From NCBI GenBank assembly GCA_017617395.1, contig JAFZWG010000028.1:8192-72191 (forward strand): 64,000 nt of DNA. The letters are read 5' to 3'. This DNA is from Lachnospiraceae bacterium. GTDB lineage: Bacteria > Bacillota > Clostridia > Lachnospirales > Lachnospiraceae. The notes beneath the pieces were generated by a model that saw nothing but the letters and a program-made list of their open reading frames with translations, was not told the DNA's origin and did no database searches. The position numbers and the translations under genes are program-made. Positions 53,213 to 62,397 of the stretch are shown piece by piece (within the stretch, counting starts at the first letter, position 1; the number at the start of each line of letters is the position of its first letter).

Positions 53213-53986
53213 ATGAGCGAGAATAGCGGAGAACAATCGAATACGGTTTCCCGCAAAAGCGAGTGGGGCGAGGGCCTTCGGCACGGATTCCCGATCGCTT
53301 GCGGGTATTTCTTCGTGTCGTTTACGTTCGGCATCCTTGGCGCGACGCTAGGCTTCCGGTGGTGGGAGACGGTGCTGATCTCGATGACCAACTTAACGAG
53401 TGCGGGGCAGATTGCGGGCGTCAAGACAATCGCTGCGGGCGGTTCGGTCTTTGAGCTGGCGTTGTCGCAGTTCATCATCAACCTGCGCTACTCCCTCATG
53501 GGCATTTCGCTCTCGCAAAATGTGTCCGAGGACGTGTCGGGGCCCAGGCGGATGCTCCTCGGATTCGGCATCACGGATGAGATCTACGGTGTGGCGGCAT
53601 CGCGCAGAACGCCGGTGACGACGCCGTATTTCGTCGGATTGATGACATTGCCGTACGCGGGCTGGACGCTCGGAACGCTCGGCGGAGCGGTGCTCGGCGA
53701 CGTGCTTCCGAAGGCGGTGACGAACGTGATGACGCTGGCCATCTACGGCATGTTTATCGCGATTGTGGTACCGGCCGCGAAGGAGAGCAGGAAGGTGCTC
53801 TTCGTGGCGGCGGTTGCGGCGGCTGTCAGCTGCCTGATGTACTACGCGCCCGTGCTGTCGGAGGTGTCGGTTGGATTTGCCATCATCGTGAGCGCCGTTG
53901 TTGCGGCGGCTGTCGGTGCATGGCTGTTCCCGGTCGAGGACGGAGCGCGGGAGACCGCGGAAGAGGGAGGTGCGTGCCGTGAGTAG
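53213..53986 (+). CDS. azlC: AzlC family branched-chain amino acid transport protein
   Basis: ATG at 53213 inside ORF 53054-53986. It is polytopic and has the GFPIACGYFFVSFTFG and NLRY...G motifs. Confidence 0.8.
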   Translation: MSENSGEQSNTVSRKSEWGEGLRHGFPIACGYFFVSFTFGILGATLGFRWWETVLISMTNLTSAGQIAGVKTIAAGGSVFELALSQFIINLRYSLMGISLSQNVSEDVSGPRRMLLGFGITDEIYGVAASRRTPVTTPYFVGLMTLPYAGWTLGTLGGAVLGDVLPKAVTNVMTLAIYGMFIAIVVPAAKESRKVLFVAAVAAAVSCLMYYAPVLSEVSVGFAIIVSAVVAAAVGAWLFPVEDGARETAEEGGACRE

Positions 53987-54293
53987 ATTTTTCGTGTGCG
54001 CACTTGTGATGATGCTCGTGACGTACTTGGTCAGAGCAATCCCGTTCACGGTGTTTCGAAGAAAAGTGCGGAACCGGTTCTTCCGCTCGTTTTTATACTA
54101 CGTGCCCTACGCGGTGCTGACGGCGATGACGCTGCCGGCGGCATTGTATGCGACGGGGTCGATGGCGGTGGCGGCCGTGGGCCTTCTGGCAGCGGCGGTT
54201 TTGGCATACCGCGGCAGAGGATTAGTGGTTGTGTCGCTGGCATCCTGCGCGGCAGCGGGGCTGGCGACCTGGGTGATACATCTGCTCGGATGA
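53979..54293 (+). CDS. azlD: AzlD family protein
   Basis: GTG at 53979 after SD GAGGGAGG, overlapping the azlC stop. It encodes a 104-aa hydrophobic protein (LVTYLVRAIPF...). Confidence 0.7.
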   Translation: MSRFFVCALVMMLVTYLVRAIPFTVFRRKVRNRFFRSFLYYVPYAVLTAMTLPAALYATGSMAVAAVGLLAAAVLAYRGRGLVVVSLASCAAAGLATWVIHLLG

Positions 54294-54313
54294 GCAAAAG
54301 AAAGGACGAAACC

Positions 54314-55654
54314 ATGAAAAAACACACGCAGAGAGTATGGATGTTGCTGTGCGTCGCGCTGCTTGCGGCAGTGCTGACGGCGTGCGGCGGCAAGGAAAAC
54401 AAGACGGAGCCGACCGAGGCGGTCACGCCTACGCAGGAGGCAACTCCGACGCCTACCGAGGTGCCTGCGACACCGACGCCGGCGCTTTCGGAGAAGGAGA
54501 TCTGGTACAACAATATGATTGCGGACTCGTTGATGAGCACCGGAAACAATGCGCGCATTAAGCGCGTGATCGAGAAGGCGAGAAACGGCGAGGATGTCTA
54601 CATCGTCACGATCGGCGGCTCCATCACGGAGGGCGAGGGCGCAGCCAACTACAAGAACTGCTACGCATCGTCGTTCGCAACGGAGTTTGCGAAGGTGTAC
54701 GGCAAGGACGGCGGAGCGAACGTGCATTTTCTGAATGCGGGCCTCTCGGGAACGCCGTCGACGCTCGGCGCGGTTCGTTACGAGCGTGACGTCATTACGA
54801 AAAATGGAGGCCGCGAGCCGGATCTTCTGATCATCGAGTTCGCAGTGAACGACGCGGACGACCCGACGAACGGACAGACCTACGAGGGTCTGGTACGCCG
54901 CGCGATGCAGTCGGAGAGCGACCCGGCGATCATTTTGCTCTTCAGCGTATTCCAATCGAAGTGGAACCTGCAGGACCGCCTCAAGCCGATCGGCGATTAC
55001 TACGACCTTCCGATGGTGAGTGTGAAGAATGCGGTTGTGCCTCGCTTAAACGACGGATCCCTGAAGGACGCGACGTACTTTAACGACGCGTATCATCCGA
55101 CCGCATACGGTCACAAGATCATGCGCGACTGTCTGATGAACCTTCTCGCGGCGATCGACGCGGAGGAGGCCGAGACGGCCAACGAGATGCCGAAGGCGCC
55201 GAAGCTTAGCGATGCTTTCGACAAGGTGACGCTGGTGGATGCCGCGAGCGCGGAGGAAGCCGCGAAGGCGGGCGTGGCGGTAAATGCAGGCGGCTTCGCG
55301 AGCACCGACAAGGGAGTCTTCGCCGTTCGCTACGAGACGACCAACACGTTCCCGAACAACTGGAAGCACGCAGCGACCGACAGCGCAGATCCGTTCACAA
55401 TGAAAGTGACGTGCCGCTCGCTTCTTCTGGTGTACAAGAAGTCCTCGAGCCAGACGTTTGGCAAGGTTGAGATCCTCGTGGACGGCAAGGTTGTAAAGAC
55501 CGTGGACGGACATGATGGCGGCGGCTGGAACAACCCGTACACGCTCGTTTTAGTGAACGAGGCTGAGGCTGCGGAGCATACGCTCACGGTGCGCATGGCG
55601 GACGGTGCGAAGGACAAGGAGTTCACGATCCTTGCCATCGGCTACGGCGAGTGA
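54314..55654 (+). CDS. SGNH/GDSL hydrolase lipoprotein (paralogue A)
   Basis: ATG at 54314 inside ORF 53996-55654. Features are lipobox LTAC, a PT linker, and the SGNH blocks GGSITEG, AGLSGT, EFAVND and DAYHPT, followed by a C-terminal beta-rich domain. Confidence 0.75.
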   Translation: MKKHTQRVWMLLCVALLAAVLTACGGKENKTEPTEAVTPTQEATPTPTEVPATPTPALSEKEIWYNNMIADSLMSTGNNARIKRVIEKARNGEDVYIVTIGGSITEGEGAANYKNCYASSFATEFAKVYGKDGGANVHFLNAGLSGTPSTLGAVRYERDVITKNGGREPDLLIIEFAVNDADDPTNGQTYEGLVRRAMQSESDPAIILLFSVFQSKWNLQDRLKPIGDYYDLPMVSVKNAVVPRLNDGSLKDATYFNDAYHPTAYGHKIMRDCLMNLLAAIDAEEAETANEMPKAPKLSDAFDKVTLVDAASAEEAAKAGVAVNAGGFASTDKGVFAVRYETTNTFPNNWKHAATDSADPFTMKVTCRSLLLVYKKSSSQTFGKVEILVDGKVVKTVDGHDGGGWNNPYTLVLVNEAEAAEHTLTVRMADGAKDKEFTILAIGYGE

Positions 55655-55698
55655 TCGCAGTTCGGGAAGACCGATTAAGACAACACGACAACACGATC

Positions 55699-55732
55699 AA
55701 CCGGGGAGTCCGCAGCGGCTTCCCGGTTTTTT
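55699..55732 (+). terminator. intrinsic terminator
   Basis: AACCGGGG...TCCCGGTT stem with an inner CCGC/GCGG helix, followed by TTTTTT. Confidence 0.7.
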
Positions 55733-55858
55733 GTGAGCTGCTTTTCGAAGCATTTTCTGCACAAACATGCAAAATATGTCGAAAAATGTCAAAAAAGGCA
55801 TAAAAACGATATAAGTGTATGGTATGATACGATCAGCAAGAGATGAGAGGAGACGAAC

Positions 55859-56533
55859 ATGAGGAGTCGAATTCTGATGGTGGAGGACGATCCGAAGATC
55901 CGCGAGGGAATCCTGGATTTCTTTTCGGGGAAGGCCCCGGAGTACGACATGGACGTGGCGACGACCGGCTCCGAGGGCATGGAGAAGATTGAGGAGAATG
56001 TCTATGACCTGATCCTTCTCGATGTGATGCTGCCCGCCATGAGCGGCTTCGATTTGATGGTGCGAATCCGCCGCACAATGGACGTTCCGGTGATCTTCAT
56101 GACCGCGAGAACCGGCGAGGAGGACCGTTTGTACGGCTACGAGCTCGGGTGCGACGACTATGTGTGCAAGCCGTTTTCGCTGGCGGAGCTGCTGGCGAAG
56201 GTCAACGCGCAGATCCGGCGCGCGAAGGGGGCGGTGCTCGACGATGTGATGCGGTGCGGAAACATCGAGATCCACAAGCGGGCGCTGACGGTGCGGGTGT
56301 TCGGCGAGACGGTGGAGCTGCCGCCGAAGGAGCTGGCGATTCTGACGATCCTCATGGAGAGACCGGGCTGGACGTTCTCGCGGGACAACCTTTTAGACCG
56401 CGCCTGGGGGATGGACTATTTCGGAAATGACCGTGTTGTGGATAACCACGTGAAAAAGCTTCGCAAGAGTTTGGGGGATGCCGGCCGGCAGATTAAGACA
56501 GTATTTACCAAGGGCTACAAGATCGTGGAGTAA
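55859..56533 (+). CDS. OmpR-family response regulator
   Basis: The receiver domain has ILLDVMLPAMSG and the C-terminus is a winged helix (VDNHVKKLRKSL...KGYKI). Confidence 0.9.
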   Translation: MRSRILMVEDDPKIREGILDFFSGKAPEYDMDVATTGSEGMEKIEENVYDLILLDVMLPAMSGFDLMVRIRRTMDVPVIFMTARTGEEDRLYGYELGCDDYVCKPFSLAELLAKVNAQIRRAKGAVLDDVMRCGNIEIHKRALTVRVFGETVELPPKELAILTILMERPGWTFSRDNLLDRAWGMDYFGNDRVVDNHVKKLRKSLGDAGRQIKTVFTKGYKIVE

Positions 56534-56554
56534 AGCGCAGAAAGGGGAACGGGG

Positions 56555-58420
56555 ATGAAAAAAATCGGGGGATTCATTAAGAATCTGTTCTTCGGGAAGA
56601 AGTACCACATCGTTCGGTATATCGCGGGATACGTGCTGCTCTGGGTGATTTTGTGTCTGTTCATCACCAACAAATGCGGGCAGAACGTGTACGACGAGTG
56701 GATGGAGTATCGCAACTATGAGGTGCTGCAAAGATACGAGGCGGAGCTTTCGACATTTCGAGAGACGGCCAAAACACACGATATGACCGACTCGAGTCAG
56801 AAGGTGTTTCTTGAGTATCAGCTCCAGCGGCTCACGGCGCTGGCGACAGTTCTGACCGACGATGACGTGCGGACGTGTGCCAGCTACTACAACGGGGGAC
56901 CAAATCCGCAGACATACGGAGACCTCAATGCATACCTGGTGATCTTCGGTGATAACGGCAAGAGACATTCGTCGATCACCGAGTGGGAAAATTCTTCTTC
57001 CGTCTACTACGGCGCTGACCGGGAAGATGAGATCAAGGAAAATACGGATACCATCCTTCGCTGCAAAAAGGAGCTCATCCGGAATGTGTGGGACGAAACG
57101 CTTGGCGTGAAAATGAGCCGCGATACGGCCTGGATGAGAACCGATTACCGCACCGGATGGACGTTCGAGGTGCTCGACGGCTATCTTGCAAAGAATGAGT
57201 TTCAGCCTGGAAAGGTCCGCGCGATCTACTACGAAAACGGCCTGGCAGTCGAGGAGAAGGTGATCTCCTGCACGCATTATCTTGACGGCAGGACCTATGA
57301 ATACGTGGAGAACATGCCGCAGAACCGGTTGTATTTTCCGGAGGATACGGAGAACTGGAAAGCGGAATCGCGAGATGATCTCATGAGCATGATGCAGCCG
57401 ATCTCCGGGAGAGTCGGAGCGTGGTATCCGGTGTTTTACACTTCCCGGTATGCCAGAAAGGATTACGAGGTTCCGATTTCTTTCCGTCTGCTGCTGGTAC
57501 AGAACAGCTTCATCATCGGCGATCATTTTGTCGACAAGCCGTTCTCGTTCTTCCCCGGCGATGTGGCGGTAGCGTACAGTGAGATATTCACGGATGTGAA
57601 CGGGAATGAAACCCAGATGGTGCTGCATGCGTACGTGACGGGGATGATCGCCGACCGGAAGGAAGAGGTCTTCTCACGCCTGCGGATTTACTACATCGCG
57701 TTGGCACTTTTGATCGCGCTGATTGCGTTCATCCGCTACCGTAAGCTCTATTCGCTGCGTGCGAAGAATCAGTTCCACAAGTCGCTCATCGACTCGATGG
57801 CGCATGACCTGAAGACGCCTCTTATGATCATGCAGGGCTTCGGCGAGAATCTCGCGGAAAATGTGCACACCGAAAAGCGCGAGTACTATGCCGCGCAGAT
57901 CCAGGAAAATGTCGCTCGTCTGAATACCCTGATCGACAAAAACCTCGAGCTTGCCCGGCATGACGGCGAGGAACTCAGGAACATCGGATTTTACGGAATG
58001 AAGCTTGTGGAGAATACCGAGAAGCGTCTCGGGGAGCTTTTGGAGCAGAAGAAACTGACGATCAAAAGAGTCGGCGACACGATGATGCACGGCGATCCGG
58101 ACCTGATGCAGACCGTTGTGGACAACCTGATCGGCAATGCGATCAAGTATGCTCCGGAGGGCGACACGATCACGGTGGTCGGTAATGAGACCTCATTCTC
58201 CTTCATAAATCATGCGAGCCTTACGTACGGAAAGAATGTCAAGCACCTGCTGGAACCGCTGGAGATGGGCGAGGAGAGCCGCACGTCGGGCTCGGGAAGC
58301 GGTCTGGGACTCTCGATTGCGAACGCCATCGTGCGCGAGCACGGGTATCGGCTGAAGCTTTCGTACGACCGTAAACGACACGAGTTTATGTGCACGATCT
58401 ATCTGATGCGCTGGAGATGA
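56555..58420 (+). CDS. sensor histidine kinase with a large extracytoplasmic domain
   Basis: TM1 lies near residue 20 and TM2 near residue 385, with a loop of about 340 aa between them. It has H-box MAHDLKTPL, N-box GNAIKYA and G-box GSGLGLSIA. Confidence 0.85.
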   Translation: MKKIGGFIKNLFFGKKYHIVRYIAGYVLLWVILCLFITNKCGQNVYDEWMEYRNYEVLQRYEAELSTFRETAKTHDMTDSSQKVFLEYQLQRLTALATVLTDDDVRTCASYYNGGPNPQTYGDLNAYLVIFGDNGKRHSSITEWENSSSVYYGADREDEIKENTDTILRCKKELIRNVWDETLGVKMSRDTAWMRTDYRTGWTFEVLDGYLAKNEFQPGKVRAIYYENGLAVEEKVISCTHYLDGRTYEYVENMPQNRLYFPEDTENWKAESRDDLMSMMQPISGRVGAWYPVFYTSRYARKDYEVPISFRLLLVQNSFIIGDHFVDKPFSFFPGDVAVAYSEIFTDVNGNETQMVLHAYVTGMIADRKEEVFSRLRIYYIALALLIALIAFIRYRKLYSLRAKNQFHKSLIDSMAHDLKTPLMIMQGFGENLAENVHTEKREYYAAQIQENVARLNTLIDKNLELARHDGEELRNIGFYGMKLVENTEKRLGELLEQKKLTIKRVGDTMMHGDPDLMQTVVDNLIGNAIKYAPEGDTITVVGNETSFSFINHASLTYGKNVKHLLEPLEMGEESRTSGSGSGLGLSIANAIVREHGYRLKLSYDRKRHEFMCTIYLMRWR

Positions 58421-58442
58421 TAAAGCGAAAACAAAAATGAGA

Positions 58443-58480
58443 AAAGCCGGCCTTCGGGTTTACCAAAAGCCGGCTTTTTT
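58443..58480. terminator. bidirectional terminator between convergent genes
   Basis: AAAAGCCGGC...GCCGGCTTTTTT. The stem has an A-run upstream and a T-run downstream. Confidence 0.65.
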
Positions 58481-58515
58481 GTTGTCTTAATCGGGAATAC
58501 AGCCCCTTGCAAGAA

Positions 58516-60024
58516 TCACTTCTCAAGCACGATCGTGGTGACGCTCTCGCCTGGGAGCGCGACGATGCGGTTGGCATCCAGAGGGCCCATGTCGCGGTAG
58601 CACATGTCCGCGGTATAGCCCTTCGTGAAGACGGACTGAACAATGCCGGAGCGGGAGATGGCGAAGTTCTCAAGCGGCAGCTGAACTCTCGCGGCGGCCG
58701 TGTCGTTGTTTAGAAGAACGATGACGACGGTGTTGCCGTCGGGGCTTACGTAGGCGCTGGAGCGAACGGTCGTTCCGCCGGTGATGCCGGCGTCGATGCG
58801 CACGTAGCCGGGGCGGATGTACTGCGAAAAATGCCGCATCGCATAGTAGTTGCCGGTCGCAAGATAGCCCTTCTCGGTCGGCCATTTGCCGGTTTCGCTG
58901 CCGACGATAATGAGGTTGCCGTTGTCCATGCCGTCGTTGCCCTGCTCGGCGCGCCATACGCCGCCCCAGAAGATGTAGGCGTTGGCGTCCTCGTAGGTGA
59001 GCGAGTTGTTGATGACGTTGGCCGTCTGAAGCGCGGTGCCGCGGTAGAACTCGGTCTGCCATTTGCAGAGGTTGTTCTTGGCGGCGAGGCTCTTCACGCC
59101 CATGAAGTTCATCAGGAACGAATCCGGAGCGCACTCGTTCGGGTCATCGCTCGAGTCACCGCCTAAGTAGAGGTGGTGCGCGATGGCGTAAATGCTGCCG
59201 GGCTCGGCGTCGAGGATCGGCTGGATGTAGCGCTTCAGCGTCTGGGAGTCGACGGTCATCGTCTCCGGGGCGATCATGAGCGGAGCATCCGCGCCGAATT
59301 CATCGCGGAATGCGCGGTACGTCGCGAGATACGCCTCGGCATAGGAAGCCTGCTCCGCGGTCTCGGTTGCGGAGAACTCGCAGCCGTCGTAGCTCGCCAC
59401 GAAATCACACTCGTTCTGAATGCTCACGTAGTCGACCGGAATGCCCTGGGAGCGGTACAGCGTGACCGCGTCGGTCCACCATTTGGCGAATTTGTCGTAG
59501 ACGTAGTTGCCGTTTTCATCCTTGGCGAGCGTGCCGCCGCCCTCGATGCGCTTGTTGCTCTTTAAGGTGGCCTGCGGAGACCAGCTCGAGTACAGAACCT
59601 TCACCGTCTCGCCTCGCTCGGTCGCGTACTTTTGCGCGTTGGTGTAGTATTCCTTGTCGATGCGCGCTTTGCCGATGGCGCCCGAGGAGTAGCCGAGCTC
59701 GTTCTTAAAGCGCAGGATCGTAAAGCCGGCGTCGCGGAAGAGAAGATCGATGCACTCCTGCGAGGACTTCAGACCGAAGATCAGCTCCGAGTACCAGGTA
59801 AAGCCGGCGCCGAAGCCGTCGATCGTCTGGTGCTGCTTCTCGAGGTCGAACGTGACCGCGCGCGCATCCGGATCGATGACGATCGTGGGCAGCGGAGTCG
59901 GAGAGACTTCCTCTGTGCCGGTCGGGGTTTCGTTGGATTGATTCTTGCCGCCGTTGCAGCCGCACAGGAGTGCAACAAGCGAAAGAAGGAGAACAATACG
60001 TACAAGATTCAATGCATTTTTCAT
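58516..60024 (-). CDS. glycoside hydrolase family 30, lipoprotein
   Basis: Lipobox LCGC and a PT linker. Motifs are QTIDGFGAGFTW, SIQNECDF (acid/base Glu) and KWQTEF (nucleophile Glu), with a C-terminal beta domain. Confidence 0.85.
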   Translation of the reverse strand: MKNALNLVRIVLLLSLVALLCGCNGGKNQSNETPTGTEEVSPTPLPTIVIDPDARAVTFDLEKQHQTIDGFGAGFTWYSELIFGLKSSQECIDLLFRDAGFTILRFKNELGYSSGAIGKARIDKEYYTNAQKYATERGETVKVLYSSWSPQATLKSNKRIEGGGTLAKDENGNYVYDKFAKWWTDAVTLYRSQGIPVDYVSIQNECDFVASYDGCEFSATETAEQASYAEAYLATYRAFRDEFGADAPLMIAPETMTVDSQTLKRYIQPILDAEPGSIYAIAHHLYLGGDSSDDPNECAPDSFLMNFMGVKSLAAKNNLCKWQTEFYRGTALQTANVINNSLTYEDANAYIFWGGVWRAEQGNDGMDNGNLIIVGSETGKWPTEKGYLATGNYYAMRHFSQYIRPGYVRIDAGITGGTTVRSSAYVSPDGNTVVIVLLNNDTAAARVQLPLENFAISRSGIVQSVFTKGYTADMCYRDMGPLDANRIVALPGESVTTIVLEK

Positions 60025-60074
60025 TTCAAAATCCTTCTTAGGGAAATTCGCGGACTGTCGTTTCCGCGGCTTTT

Positions 60075-60104
60075 AGTGTACTACGCGCGGGGGCGGAAAG
60101 TCAA
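60075..60104 (-). promoter_or_regulatory. promoter candidate TTGACT-18nt-TACACT for the GH30 gene
   Basis: On the minus strand, the -35 lies at 60104-60099 and the -10 at 60080-60075. Confidence 0.4.
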
Positions 60105-60171
60105 CCCCGCGGCGAAACGGCGGAAACGGCTGCAAAAGGAGAATTTTTATGCGGAAAATCCCTTTTTTCCT

Positions 60172-60200
60172 TTGCATCGACGTGAGGTCTATGGTATAAT
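60172..60200 (+). promoter_or_regulatory. promoter TTGCAT-17nt-TGgTATAAT (extended -10)
   Basis: TTGCAT at 60172-60177 and TATAAT at 60195-60200, preceded by TGG. Confidence 0.6.
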
Positions 60201-60254
60201 TGATGCACTGTGTAGTATATTAGGGGAAATCCCGTCAGTAATACCAAGGAGTCG

Positions 60255-61967
60255 TTGATAACCATGAGAGGACCTGTTGCACCGAAGGACCCGACCAAAC
60301 AGCGGGCAAAAGTGTATTTTATGCTGGAGGATCTTTTGTATGCCTCCCGCAAGGAGCCGGAAGGCGAGCGTTTCGCGGAGATGATCTTCCTCGAGAACCG
60401 CGTCGGAGCGAATCTTCGTCTGATCTGCCCGGAGCTGCCGGAGGAGCTTGCAAACCGCCTGCAGAAGACCGCGGACTTCCGCGAGATCGTTCACAGCATC
60501 GGCATCGTGGCCGAGCGTGCGGACGACGGAGACGCCGAGCTTCCGATCACGTGCGAGCTGCATAACTACGCGACCACGGACCGCTACAAGGCGGGCACGC
60601 GGCTGGTGATGGAGACCTGCTGTGACGGCGCGGAGAGAGTGTTTCCTCTCGAGGAGTTTGAGTGGAAGAACGAGGATGATATTCTCGGAACATTTTTCCT
60701 CTTCTCGAACGAGCCCAACGTCAAGGTGAAGCTTACGGTTGTGTTCTATCTGCAGGACGGCTATACGGTGCCGGAGCCGCAGCTGGATCCGCCGGTTGAT
60801 TTTACGTCGGATGCCTACCGCGAGATGATCGCGAGATCGCTCACATCGATGGGCAACACGCACCGTCTGCGCCGCGCGATGGAGAAGGCGGAGCGGGGCG
60901 AGGATGTCACGCTTGCATTTATCGGAGGTTCGATCACGCAGGGTGCGGGAGCGAAGCCGATCGAGTCGGAGAGCTATTGCTACCGTGTGTTCGATCATTT
61001 CCGCAACACCTATGCCACCGATCCGGAGAAGGTTCACTTTGTCAAGGCCGGCGTCGGCGGAACGCCCTCGGAGTTCGGTCTGGTCCGCTACGAGCACGAT
61101 GTGCTCAGAAACGGCACGATGGAACCGGACATCGTCTTCATCGAGTTCTCGGTTAACGACGCGGGCGACGAGACGGAGGGCGTGTGCTTCGAAAGCCTTG
61201 TCGCAAAAGCTTACAATCAGCCGAACATGCCGGCAGTATTGCTGGTGTTCGCTGTGTTCATGAACGACTGGAATCTGCAGGACCGGCTCGCTCCGATCGG
61301 AAGCTACTATTCGCTGCCGATGGTGAGCGTGAAGGACGCCGTGTCGCCGCAGTTCCCGAATGCGGAAGGGCGCGTGATCTCGAAACGCCAGTATTTCTAC
61401 GATTGCTATCATCCGACGAACGACGGACACCGCGTGATGGCGGACTGCATCGACCATCTGCTTGAGCAGTCGCTCGCGCACGTGGATGAGGAGCCGGAGT
61501 GGCCGAAGGAAGGTTATCTCGGCCGCCCGTACGAAAAATGCTACACCGTTCGGCGCGAGACGGCGGAGAGCATGGCGGACCGCATGCAGATCGATGCCGG
61601 ATCCTTCACGGAGACGGACCGCGCGCCGCAGTACGCCGAGGTCGACTTCGACCCGGAGGGAACGCCGCAGTTCCCGCAGAACTGGATGCACGCATCGGGC
61701 GATGCTCCGTTCGTTGTAAAGACGACGTGCAGGAACTTCTTCTTAACGTACAAGGATTCGGGCTCCGCGGAGTTCGGAACCGCGGTTGTGACGGTGGACG
61801 GAAAGCCGTTTAAAGAGATCAACCCGCGCGACATCGGTTGGGACCATTGCAACACGTATCTTCTGGTAAACGATACGGCTTCGGCACCCCATGAGATCAA
61901 AATTGCAATGAAAGACGGCGAAAATGACAAAAAATTTACCATTCTTGCCCTGACCCAGACGGATTAA
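60255..61967 (+). CDS. SGNH/GDSL hydrolase (paralogue B, no signal peptide)
   Basis: The SGNH blocks are GGSITQG, AGVGGT, EFSVND and DCYHPT, colinear with paralogue A. It has an extra N-terminal region of about 190 aa. The start is ambiguous (TTG at 60255 or ATG at 60264). Confidence 0.75.
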   Translation: MITMRGPVAPKDPTKQRAKVYFMLEDLLYASRKEPEGERFAEMIFLENRVGANLRLICPELPEELANRLQKTADFREIVHSIGIVAERADDGDAELPITCELHNYATTDRYKAGTRLVMETCCDGAERVFPLEEFEWKNEDDILGTFFLFSNEPNVKVKLTVVFYLQDGYTVPEPQLDPPVDFTSDAYREMIARSLTSMGNTHRLRRAMEKAERGEDVTLAFIGGSITQGAGAKPIESESYCYRVFDHFRNTYATDPEKVHFVKAGVGGTPSEFGLVRYEHDVLRNGTMEPDIVFIEFSVNDAGDETEGVCFESLVAKAYNQPNMPAVLLVFAVFMNDWNLQDRLAPIGSYYSLPMVSVKDAVSPQFPNAEGRVISKRQYFYDCYHPTNDGHRVMADCIDHLLEQSLAHVDEEPEWPKEGYLGRPYEKCYTVRRETAESMADRMQIDAGSFTETDRAPQYAEVDFDPEGTPQFPQNWMHASGDAPFVVKTTCRNFFLTYKDSGSAEFGTAVVTVDGKPFKEINPRDIGWDHCNTYLLVNDTASAPHEIKIAMKDGENDKKFTILALTQTD

Positions 61968-62029
61968 AAATTTTTTGCTGCATTTTTCGGCGAACGTCCG
62001 GAAATCCGATATACTTTTGATTCCGGCGG

Positions 62030-62038
62030 TGATATAAT
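62030..62038 (+). promoter_or_regulatory. extended -10 element TGaTATAAT
   Basis: TG at 62030-31 and TATAAT at 62033-38. No good -35 is present. It is the best promoter-like signal in the 430-nt gap before mgtE. Confidence 0.4.
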
Positions 62039-62064
62039 TATTGTATTAACGTGATAAAGTGACC

Positions 62065-62121
62065 AAGAATCGGGACATGGAAGGAAAATGCCCCGGGATT
62101 TCGTCATTTTCGATTCTTTTT
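62065..62121 (+). terminator. terminator-like hairpin in the mgtE leader
   Basis: Outer stem AAGAATCG / CGATTCTT closes a 38-nt interior with alternative pairings (GGGACAT/ATGCCCC versus GAAAATG/CATTTTC), followed by TTTTT. Confidence 0.45.
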
Positions 62122-62166
62122 GAAGGACACTAAGGCGGCGCATGCGCATGCAGAAAGGAGGTACTT

Positions 62167-62289
62167 GTGGACGGTGACAGTGGCAGTGGCACGAACCCGA
62201 CGGGCTATCACTCGTGCTGCTTCATCAGACAATCACAGTTCGCGGTATCGGAAGAGCGGAGCGCGTTGCCTTGGGTGAGCGCAAAGTAG
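62167..62289 (+). CDS. candidate 40-codon small ORF in the mgtE leader
   Basis: SD AAAGGAGG lies 5 nt before the GTG at 62167. The peptide is MDGDSGSGTNPTGYHSCCFIRQSQFAVSEERSALPWVSAK. Its third-position G+C (28 of 39 codons) is higher than in the other two frames. Confidence 0.25.
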   Translation: MDGDSGSGTNPTGYHSCCFIRQSQFAVSEERSALPWVSAK

Positions 62290-62397
62290 TCTTCCGTGAC
62301 ATCGAACGGCCTGGAGTGGCGGGACGATCCCGAAGAACGGTTCCGTGCTTAAGCCAAAACCCCGGAGGGGGAATTCGGTTTGAGGCGGAGGAAAGGC

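Noticed and set aside
60149-60199. A 16-codon ORF (MRKIPFFLCIDVRSMV) with AAGGAG 7 nt upstream, in the GH30/SGNH divergent region.
   Set aside because: It is very short, overlaps the downstream promoter hexamers, and shows no coding bias that can be assessed. It is probably fortuitous.
60189-61691. A 500-aa minus-strand ORF.
   Set aside because: It is antisense to SGNH paralogue B, whose catalytic blocks are clear on the plus strand. It is an artefact.
62240-62370. An M-box (ykoK) riboswitch, which would be expected upstream of mgtE.
   Set aside because: Only two short, loosely matching segments are present, at the wrong spacing. I could not build the P2-P6 helices by eye. It remains an open question in the findings rather than a called feature.
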